A stretch of DNA of 64,000 nt. Source: Laetmonice hystrix. Taxonomy: Eukaryota. Within the stretch, counting starts at the first letter, position 1. Each line of letters begins with the position of its first letter. The position numbers and the translations under genes are program-made. This document shows, one piece after another, positions 53,347 through 64,000 of the stretch. The notes beneath the pieces were generated by a model. That model searched no databases, was not told the DNA's origin, and saw only the letters and a program-made list of their open reading frames with translations. The DNA lies in contig OZ249437.1 of the NCBI GenBank assembly GCA_965235115.1, positions 52,266,001 through 52,330,000 on the forward strand. Direction: 5' to 3'.

Positions 53347-56081
53347 AACCAGACAGAAAGTGGTGTGAGAAATGGAGGGTATACGCACTGGATTAATATT
53401 AAAAGCCGGTCAGAGAGTGCCAGCCACGGCAGTACAGGTAAGGAAGGATAGGGCGAACCGGACATGATGAAACGGCGTGATGACTGGTCATTCGGCTGGT
53501 TGTTACTGGTTAAATGACGTAGACGGACACTCCGGTTAACACTGGTTGGGATGGTGGTGGTGGTGGCGGGCGGTGGTGCTGGGAACGGTGAGTGAGGTGG
53601 TGGTGGCGGTGATGGTGGCAGGAGGCAGGGGGCAGGGGGAGGACGAGGGGGAGGGGGTCCTAGCGGCGGCGACACCATTGTCTAACTACCGCGGCTTCGC
53701 CATTCTGGCGAGTCAACAACACCCCGGCTCGTCCTGACCAGGCGGGGCAGACTACCCACCACAACCTGACCTGACCACTGCCGGCCAGGTCAAACTGGAT
53801 CCAGGCCGCATTACGGATCATAGAACCATCCCAACTCATGCCCTCCCTCATCTTTCACCTTTGAACACCCCCACCCCCATTCCATCTACACCCCCCTTCC
53901 CCACACCTTATTTCAACAAAGTTTGGCAAAGGGCCAGCCACAAATTTCACCGTATTTTCTGCCCGGTGCGGACCTACTGGCCAACTTAGATCCTCTCCCT
54001 CAATACCACAAGTTGCTAGGGACCCGTTTGCGTCTGCCCACTTCCTGTTGGTGGCCTGCCCAATGCCCACCGAACTTGCCACAGTTATGTCTTACATACC
54101 ACTCAACCCAGCTATTGTCTCACACCATCCATACTGCCGACCGATGAATATCCTACATGGACACCCTAAAGTTAATCCTAAATGAACGCACCAGGAAGGA
54201 AGTCTAGCATGTGATCCACCTGTCCAAGTCTCTTTCTTCCCACGTGGAACATAACCAGGGAAGTCCGTTGTGGTTCACCCGCACACAGTGACCTGGGGCC
54301 TGTCCTAACGATGATCCCCAGCAACATAAATCCCCACCAAAGTCCCTAGATCAGGGATATCCCCGTTGAGAGGTGTCTTACTAAAAAGTCCCTCCATTGA
54401 AACAGTGTTAGGGAGATGTCCCTGATTTAAGGAGTGACAGTCTTAGTAAGACGGTCCCCTGCAGGTGACCATGACGATGCAGCCCGGCGGTACCGGGCAA
54501 ACGTCCACGTCAGCCCACCTGGCCAAACCAACCCTGTTGTTAGGAATCCGTCCCTATCCACAACCACTTTGCTACCAATACACCTCGAGATCCACGGCAA
54601 CCTACTTCCAAATTTCTTCAACTACGAATTGAATGAAACCCTACTACTTGCAACAATGGCCTGATTAGCTGCACCGTTGTTATTACGGATCCAAGGTTAA
54701 ACTGTGCGTGACCACATAACCATGATACCCTAGCAGACCATTAATGGCTGCTTATAGCAATCCACAATTTTTCTGCTGCTACAGACATTCAGAGATTTGA
54801 TGAATAGGCATGGAATCGTGTCATCGGAAGTTTGCTGATTTTCATCTGATATTTATCGATCAAAAACCTCCATAGCTTTAGAAAACTCATATTCCGTAAC
54901 CTACATCCAATGTCAATGGATCTTTCTCAACCGACTCCGACCTTCGCCGTTCGTAGACTTTTGACATTTCTGTCTTACAAAATGTGGGGAACTTCAGAGC
55001 CATACTCGCAATTCATGAAACATCAAACAAAACAATAAATTGTTTACCGCAGTATTCTGGATAAACCTTGTCACAATTTGGTGTTCATGGTCAAGTGCCA
55101 CGAAATTTCCCTCGCAAGTATTATGATCCCTCCCACTCCACAAATATTATTCGTCACTGGTAAGTGGGGTGTCCCACATCTAACAGTCCGTGCCTCTGCC
55201 GAAAACACTTTCCCCTTCTACCTGCTGTTTCTGTGTCAAATGTCGCTTCGGGTCAGTCAAGGGTTCTATACTTCCCATGTGTATACCGTAGATTATACAT
55301 TTCTCTTACTTTGAATGTATCTTCTCACTACAAACAATCCCGGTCGGTTACGGTTACTTATTCAAGTTACTGGTTAAAACATCTCAGCAGAACGTCTTAT
55401 TCTTACCTACAGCATCAAATACAATTTAAGGGTTCAAGTTTGATCTCTTTACATTCATCATGAAATACCTGATGACTGATCATCAAACTTTGGGACCAGT
55501 TTGACACAGCTTCCAGACTTGACTAATTAGGACCATTTCCAAACATGAGTCGAGCTTGTGCGTTGACAAATCGCCTCATCCTATACTGAGTGAAGTAGAA
55601 GGGCAGGAGCTGTTCGTGTCACATGACCATTGCCCAGACAGTCGAAGATATAGATCTATTCTACCTCTACCAGTCGTTGCCAGACCTTAGCTGATAATCC
55701 ATACACCACACCTTTGCTGATGAATATCTAACACTCCATAATCAAATGTAGGACTGTGACCTATCTGAACCCGTCTAGTAGGCAGGATAGAGCACTCAAA
55801 CACGAGCCAAGAGAACCATGATGTGTCTGCAAAGTTGCTTACCTGTGGTACTTGAATTATACATCATCTAAACATTACAGCTAAAGTAGTGGCCCTTCTG
55901 AATCCCTGAGAATGAAGTTCTTCGTCTTTATCAACTTGCTAATCCTAATACGGACATGTCATTACATACTACTACCTGCTACCACTACCACATTAACGAT
56001 TAACGTCTGTGATTTATCCTAGCACTATTTTCCACTATTAACTTGCAGGTATTTTTAACATGGTTGTAATCTTCTCGGGGC

Positions 56082-56104
56082 GGGGGGGGGGGGGGGGGGG
56101 GGGG
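56082..56104 (+). repeat. Poly-G tract (G23), the longest homopolymer in the window
   Basis: 23 consecutive G. Confidence 0.97.
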
Positions 56105-57158
56105 TACCACGGTAAAAAGATTCTTACTGTCCAATTATAATCAGTTACGGGAATCTGCGAGATCTTTTTCACTTTTCCAAGCTTTTCAATGTCCTGTCTT
56201 TCACTAAATCAAACAGCCACCCTCAATTGTATCCTATAAGATGTTAATCGGCATAGAAATCAGTCCAGATATTGACCGGAGCCTGTGTGGTTGTATGGTG
56301 CAGTAACAGGTAGCTTTTAGCCACGGAGACATATTGTACAGACCAAGGTTGCAAGGAGGGATGGAGGGGGGAGGTGTTGGTGGAAGGGGGACGAGAGGGA
56401 GGAGGGGGAGGACAAGGAGGCTGAGCTGGGGAGGCCACCACCAACCCGCCATTCCATTTTGAATGCCATCATATTTTCACAGCATCTTTGTTGTGTCGAT
56501 CATGATTTGCATAATATTTCACTCCGGTTGCCTTACAAGTGGTTAAGGTCGGCGAGTGAGGTGACGTCAAAGATCCTTACACTTACATACGGACCCTGGG
56601 GACTTAACGGGTGGGCAGCTGCTGGTTGTCGGGGTGAAATTAACATGAAGTTAAGATACCTTCTAGATGTGCCAGACTCTGGCGGCGTCAGTGGCTTGGC
56701 AGGCCGGCACAGCTCTACACACGGTGGCGAAACGTACTGGTGAACTGGTGGCCAGCCTCAACCCAGTCAGAGCAATATTGAAACGGAATTAAATACAACT
56801 TTGAAAAAAAGGGGTCGACTAAATCTGTTCCTATACCATGATGAAGCACATGAATCGGGCTGGGCTGACTGATAGTCTGGTTCACACACACGCGCGTTTA
56901 TTCTATGTCTTTCTAAAGTAGGACTCTCACTACAAGGAGAGTCGTAGGTTGTATGGAGGGGGGGGGGGGGCAACTCTAGGTCTTCCATTGACCTGTCACC
57001 AGCTGGGTGGTTGGCAGGTTTGTATGTCTGAAGGTATATACTGTACATATAACTCCAGGAATCAATATTTCACAGAGCGTGGATCTCTCGGGCCATGCTG
57101 CCGTGTTTTCGCCACACACCGCGTGGCGGCGACGGTGGCGGTGTGCGATGCCCAGCCC

Positions 57159-57220
57159 GAGACAGAGAGAAAGAGAGAGGGGGGGGGAGAGAACGAGAGG
57201 GAGAGAGAGGGAGAGAGAGG
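57159..57220 (+). repeat. Polypurine (GA)-rich tract
   Basis: 62 nt of nearly pure purine (GAGACAGAGAGAAAGAGAGAGGGGG...GAGAGAGAGG). It causes the ER-rich and SL-rich ORFs at 56949-57368. Confidence 0.9.
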
Positions 57221-59614
57221 CCGCTTGCATGACGTGCACTGCCGGCCGGGCCCTGTGCCGGAAAATCAATATCCAGTGCTGACTGACGACCATGATTGAC
57301 AGCTGGGATCTGGCGGCTTGCCAACATGAAGTTAGGGTTTTCCAGTCTCTACCGACAGGGCTCTCCAATAGTTATTGACAGTGAGCCTCCGTATCGTCAT
57401 GTGGAGCAGTCAAGCTAGCCACTCCCTCACCACGCCGTCCTGGTCCATACCACATTAAACACCCAGACCATCCTGACTGTCACCCTGATTGGTGGGTCGA
57501 CACACTCCAAGAAAAAACTAACTGAAAAAGTTGGCGCTTGCCAGTTCTGCGTTAAGCAGGGGTCCAACTGATCGGTCAGGGACCCGGGAGCCCCCCCCCC
57601 TCCCGCCCGAACCCACCGCAACTACTACTTCCTCTGAGTGGACGTCAGTTATCATGACGTCATTCAGGATTAAGCTGAGAGGAATGTCCCAGTTGCACTG
57701 ATTTCTGTGGCCTTAATCTTCCTGTCATGGAAATGCATTCTCCAGCAATGGGTCAAACACATCAAGCGACACCTGATTACTTCAGGAGTCTACCTCGAAC
57801 ATAAATCGGCCACCTGAGATACGATCTACTCCTTTCATATTATTGCATTCACGCAAAACTATCTACATGCGTTGAAAACACCCCCATCACCCTATAGCTG
57901 CGTCAAGTATTGCGACATATACCGCCGGGGTGTGTATGCCGTGACTTTGGCAGCCGTCAAGCCGCAGTCAGGTACCTCGGGACTACTGGAAATTAGCCAT
58001 GCGCTTGGCACCCTGGCGACCATTTCCCATGCCAGGCGTACTCTGGCCAGACAGGATCAAAAACACGCAAATCTCACAATACGCCGGCCCCGTTTCAGAG
58101 TTCAACGACAAAGCTCCGATACACTATGTTAAGTAAAGATTTTCAACATTTTCAGCTCAAACTCTATTGCGACCTGCTACTCGACAGGAGACGAAACAGT
58201 TTTTTAACCTTGGAGCCACTGACCGATGCATTCGATTCTTTTTCTCTGGCTGTCGGCCAAACTGATGAAAAACTTTGATTTCCAAGTAAAGATGAATGAT
58301 GTAATGCTACTGTGCTGGGTTCAACAAGTAAGAACTTTTCCCACCAAATAATCCTTGCAAGGGACCAGAACGTTATGCCAAATACTTCAATTCATGTGCG
58401 CATCATTTTAAAAAGTTTATAAATTTCTGAAACGTGAATTTGTCGGCAGCTTATGGCTATGTCCAGGACGAGAAGAAGTTTTTCACCTATTCAGCCTAGG
58501 GCCACGCCCTAATCTTTTCATTTAATACTGCAGAACCTCAGACTTACCGACACATGCCCGGCTTTTGACCAGCCAGTCGGGAGCACTGGGCCATGAACAT
58601 TTCAAAATCAAATTTCCATTTAATCCTGAATTTGAAATTCTCATGCTACTCGACAAGGAGAGTTGAACATGTTTGAGGCACAATAAGTTTCAAATTTTGA
58701 CAATATGATAATGTTGTTGATTAACTCTAAGAAAGAAAGCGGGCTTTCCTTGCTGCACACCTGGCCAGAGCGTCTGTTGGCTCTAACAACTATTTAGTGT
58801 CTATGATTCTGAACAATAAATCCTGCGGTCACGTAACAAATCTGTTCCACCACCAACTCCAGATGTCACTTCCGGTTCCGGTTTAGAGGGTCAAGGAGCA
58901 ATGAGTGACTGCGCTATATGGGAATACCAAACCTGCACGCACAATTTACTGTTAAGTTTCATGCTAAGTATCGTTTTGGCAAAGTTAACTTGGACAAGGA
59001 CATCTCAATCCTTCCAACGGTGCACTCAAGGATGACATACTATAAATAATGATTTCAATGGAATAACATCGAACGAGCAAGTGCGAAGCATTCCTGCCGT
59101 TTTTAACCCGTTGAGTGATAAATCCACAAAAAAATAATGCTCTAAAATGGCCCCTAATGGCAGCAAATCTAATTTCTAAAACTCTCTCCCCCCGTTGAAA
59201 ATCCTGGACACGCGCCTGGTATAATATATATGCGGTTTTAGACAAAAGTTGTTTGCTCATCATTATCCGTCGGCCGTTTTCTCATCAGAACCAAAACTCC
59301 AACTATTATTTTGATTTGTTCTACTTTTTTCCATCAAAGATACCATAACGTCTTTGTTCGCCTGTAACCTAATTTGACTTCCTCATGAAAAATCTCAAAT
59401 CTACATGTACTGGTATACGTTTCTGAAGTCTACACCTACTGCATACTCTGTGGCCAGTTCTGGCAGGAAAACATTTTATTATGTGAATATTAACACGCTC
59501 TAGTTAATATGGAGACTGGGCAGCGTGGACGTGGACCACGGCATGGCCCGGTCTGACGTGGAGGAGATCCCAGTGAGCTATGACCTTGGCAGTTTGCCCA
59601 GTTCTACGACCTCG

Positions 59615-59640
59615 TGGTCAGAGGTCGGAGGTCAAGGTCA
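59615..59640 (+). promoter_or_regulatory. Array of four AGGTCA-like half-sites
   Basis: TGGTCA-G-AGGTCG-G-AGGTCA-AGGTCA. Motif only. Confidence 0.25.
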
Positions 59641-62060
59641 ATGTGGCTCCAGACCTACTGAGCGAGACGGCAGTGTATTGGAATGATCCCTGTAGGGGGA
59701 TTTTTGAGCCCAAGGTGGGGGGGGGGGGGGTGCCATGGGCTTGAGGGAATCTAGCATAATTTCCCTATCAATGGAAACATACCTTCAAAGTTTTCTTTCA
59801 AACCTTTCCTTTCCTAATCAAATTCTACAATGTACCAGTTTTCTTTCTTTCTTTCTTTACAGAGTACATGTAATGTAATACACGCGGATACGATGAAACC
59901 TTCAGCAATATCATCTACCAAATGCCCAATCACTGGGAAAGAAAAGTCAGACCATCGTTACAATTAATCAAAATGACTATACAAATAAGTCCCATTACTA
60001 CTGTAAGTTGCTTTGTATCTTCTGACCATACAAACAAACCAATTACACCAAAACTACTTTCCAAGAAAGCCAGTCGCATCAATGAAATACAGAAAGTAGA
60101 ACAGGAACAAGTTGAACATATTACAAGCTGTATCTAGCAGAACTTAAAGACAATTAAAGACGCATGAGCTTCAACGGACAATGAGAGCACTGACTTCTGC
60201 CTGGGTCCGAGCAAGAAGTGAGGATTAAGCATCAAGCCATGCAGCTACATGTGGATCCATTGATCAGCGATGAGGCTGACGGCCTGGGGCGAAAAAAATC
60301 ACGGCGTGGAGCAGGTAGCACCCTGCCACCCCTACATGGAGAAGCGCGCGTGGACTCGCCCACTAGTGAGCCCACAGCAAGCAGCCCTCGGTTGAGGCAG
60401 GTAAGGAGGCCAAGAGCTAACTGTTGAGAAGTCAGTCCACTGCAAGCAAACTGAACTGGGAGCACAGTGCAATAAAGTCACTGCTGCTATTCGAAAGCCA
60501 CTTAGTGAAAGAACGTAAGAGTAAACAAAACTTTCTTTTAAACCTTACAAAATCAGAGGGTTACTGAACAAATCTGTTTTTTGCAATCAACGCCTTTATG
60601 CATTAGGAAAGCAAAGTAATCCGTTTTCTTTTCTATGAAGTGCCGTGGAACTACTTGTGTAACTAGTGTCTCATTAAGACATTATCTTGTCGATTTTTTA
60701 AGACGTACTTTTGGCATCTTAATCAAAGGTGGTTAACCACAATATGTACCTTTGATTGTTGCCACGGTTATGCCTGGTGCTGTCATGGCAACTGTGACTC
60801 TCCACAGCAGTGATTATTTTAGGGTAAATAGAAGGAGTCTATCTCCGCAATGTACGAGCATCAGGCATCACTTTCAGAATATCCAGAAAGAGAAAATTGT
60901 CTAGAACCAGGGGCCTGACAGTACCAGCTCATCCCCAGGACCTTTCAGGTCATCTTCAGGGACTCGTGTGACAGACCCTCGAACCCCCCTCCACACACAC
61001 CCACTCTGATAATACACCTACCTGTTGGCCTGTTGCTAAGGCTCCAGGTATTCAGGACTCTGTTTTCATGGGACTTTGAAGGGGAGGATAGTAACCCTAG
61101 CCCTTGTCCTGGAAAGGGGACAACGGCATTGTAAAATAGCAGCATTAACCAAAAATTCTCTAGCCAGTCCTTAAGTATTTCCATCCATTCCTCACACCTC
61201 GTAGTAGATATTCGGACAAAAACTCTCTCTATTCAGCATATTATCAGGCAATAAATAAGATGTCTGTCATTTCTCTGAGGTGATAAACCTAGGGAATAAT
61301 AATTTTCACTGACTGGATGCTATCTGTATTGATGTAACTGATGACAGCGCAGCTATTCCCCCATCCCCTCTCCCCTCTCATGCTGCAGTGCTGAACCATC
61401 AGCAACAAGCCACCACGTGGTTGAGCAAGTCCATGAAATTTTGGTTCAGAATAATTTTGTGTCGTCAGTTTGTATGTTTGGAGGCTTGGCAATATTTTCT
61501 CCATATTGGTGAGCTTGCCATGGCCGTATTAGCGTTGGCGTCATCAGTGTTGGGGGGGGGGGGAGCAGTGGGGGCCGCCAACAAGCCAACACAACTCACT
61601 GCACAAGCACCACCAACTACAGACTCTTTAACTTTGTGCTATCTAATTTTGGTGTCTTTGAATATGAGTAACCACCGCTGAAATACACCTGCGGTTCAAG
61701 TTTGGGGTTTCGTTCGTATCCCTGTGCATGACCGATTCACTGTTTGATTTTAACACTGCCGGAATTATTCAGGATGAGCTGTTGGTGCTGACAAATTAAG
61801 TGAGTTGTGAATATAAGTTGTGTTAGGGCGGCATCTCTCTCCGAGCCTCGGCTTGCTGCTTGCGCGGAGCTGTGGCTGGGGGAGGGGGGTCACCCCCATC
61901 ATGACTCAGCCGCTGCTAGCACAGCGCTGCAAGCCGCCTGCCTGACGAATTGACAGCCCTCAATCTGTATTACTACACTGCCTTGGTTAACGTTTATTTT
62001 CAGGCCAACATACATATCACTCTTTAACAAGAAATTGTCCCAGCACACTGTCCTGATTCC

Positions 62061-62086
62061 TCATGGGCACATATCATGGGCACATA
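62061..62086. repeat. 13-bp perfect tandem duplication
   Basis: TCATGGGCACATA twice in succession. Confidence 0.9.
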
Positions 62087-63580
62087 TATACAAATGTACT
62101 GGAAAAGCTTAATGAAATATTCAGACAAAAAAAACAAAATTCTTTAAAATAAGTCTTCTTGTGAGAGCTAAATTTAACGATATTTACAAACCGATTGTTT
62201 TTACTTGAATCGCTAATATGGTCAATATTATTTTTAAAAAGGGCCCGCAGTTTCTATCTCTGTCTGACTTAGTGAGACTATCAGATAGAAGTCTTGATTA
62301 GTCTCATTTCTAAAAATTAGTCCAAAATACTGGATCGTATAACTGTTCCTATATAAACATGAACTCCATGCCCTCCCCCAGAATAAACCTAAAGTGTATG
62401 TTCCTTGGATCCCCTTTACCTAATACTCCTGCTATAACACTGGTAACCATGACAACTGAAAATCCCTTGGTACCACATCCATCATCATGATGGAAGCCTG
62501 CTAAGAGGTAGTGACCCCTTGTTTTAAAACCTCAGACTGTGACCGGTGTGCACACAGGTTTACAATACTGCATGTCTCCTTTCAACATTAGCATCTTCCC
62601 AGTTCACCTATCACCACAGTTACCTCCTGCATCATCTGAAAATCATTTTTCAATTTTCTTTCACTTTCTCCAGAAATAACTTTTTCCTTCGCGGAGGATT
62701 AATTATGAGAGCCATCCGCTCCCTTCCCGTTGGAGGTGTCTCTAATAACACCTGCAGAATCGATCTTCACTATTTAAGATGTAGCTCAAGTCCTTTCTCA
62801 CGGATTAAAATGAAACAGGATATCCCCATATACATTTATTCAGCTATACTGTTTAGTTTCATAATCATGGTCAAAGATAACGTCAGATTTAAACCTCTGA
62901 TTGTGTTTAACTGTTACTTCACTTTTTTGTTCTTGAGGTCATTACGACCAATTTTAAGTATACTTCTATCAAGGGAGAGTCCGTTAAGTTACTTTCTACA
63001 CATCGTTAGAATCCTGTAGACGATGCATATGACATGCCACAAGTCCTTGCCATCTATCCTTCACTGTTGTCGTCCATACGTCACACTATCTTTTCCAGGT
63101 ACACAAGCATTGCTATATTAAAGGTAATCCCGGATATCTGTAAATAGTGCCGTTTTAACATTCAGGATGTGTTCTACACTGACGACTACCACCACCACCC
63201 GCACTCATCACCCTGCTGTGGGCTGGGTACACATCCCTGGTTTGGAGTGACCCCAGCAGCACCGACCACCGAGCTAGGGCCCGGTGGCCTGCAGCGGCCT
63301 GGGTACTGAGCCCAAGCAGGCCATGTGGACCACAACCCTCCTATAACCCAGCCTAGCTCCTCCTATATTGATCTCTGGGCCATGATCTATTGTAATTCCC
63401 CAGTGTTGTCACAACCTTCTGCAAAGCCACCACCCACTGACTACAACTCGGCCACATTCAGTCAAACGTCCGACCATCCCACTCCTGAACAACTGTCTCC
63501 GGCCAAATCTCTCCCTCACTCCGGTACCCTAACCCTACCATAACTCCTCTCACAACCCTCATGTACCAAGTCGCGCTGGA

Positions 63581-63599
63581 CCCCCCCCCCCCCCCCCCC
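63581..63599 (+). repeat. Poly-C tract (C19)
   Basis: 19 consecutive C. Confidence 0.97.
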
Positions 63600-64000
63600 T
63601 CCTCACCTCCTTGGATGGACCCAAGGCCCGGTCCTGCAGCCCCTGCAGTCACCAGGTATGCAGGCTCGGCTAGCCAAGGTAAGCAGCGCCATCAGGACAC
63701 CTGTTGGGGTCGACTCGATCGCTACCTCTAGCAGCACTGTCTCAACCCCATCACCTTTCAACCCCTCCCCTTTCCCAGGCACTTGTTATAACAGTCTCAG
63801 TCCTAAAACAACTTTTGTCCCTTATTTCTCAATAATCTTCCTCAACAATCGGGCTTAATCCAAATGCTGAGCTCCGGCATTCAACTGGAGATAACACCCT
63901 CTATATCTCTTCCAGTCCCAGTGACTGCTGTAGACTTTCAGGTATATCTCTCTAATCGTTCATGCCTACCCATGTTCAGGGTTTCATACGACATCGTTGG

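Noticed and set aside
59188-59218. Minus-strand CAGGCGCGTGTCCAGGATTTTCAACGGGGGG, reminiscent of short G-rich repeat termini in marine invertebrates
   Set aside because: Recognised from memory only; I found no matching opposite terminus or second copy in the window.
62546-63019. 157-aa hydrophobic ORF
   Set aside because: GTG start, F/I/S/L-rich composition typical of T-rich non-coding strands, and no domain.

Overview
64 kb of non-coding, animal-like DNA with no supportable protein-coding gene, RNA gene, CRISPR array or intact mobile element. The longest ORF is 177 aa, and the longer ORFs come from low-complexity GTG/CAC/CCC tracts or read as random sequence. Well-supported structure: a ~4.9-copy, 146-bp tandem array (324-1040); a perfect 28-bp palindrome flanked by 7-bp direct repeats (47781-47822); a ~60-bp imperfect inverted repeat (45646-45930); several short tandem duplications; 19 poly-G/poly-C runs of 10 nt or more against about 3 poly-A/T runs of that length; G-quadruplex motifs; about a dozen CTCF-like motifs; and AGGTCA half-site arrays. 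Frequent CpG, G/C homopolymers, TACATGTA and AGGTCAAAGGTCA motifs suggest a bilaterian, possibly a marine invertebrate (inference only). Faint traces of retroelement pol motifs (Gypsy RT/RNase H/integrase, Penelope RT) are scattered through the window with the wrong spacing and broken frames. The window is therefore either a very old transposon graveyard or a model-generated sequence; I cannot tell which without searches. I found no credible new multi-gene biological system.
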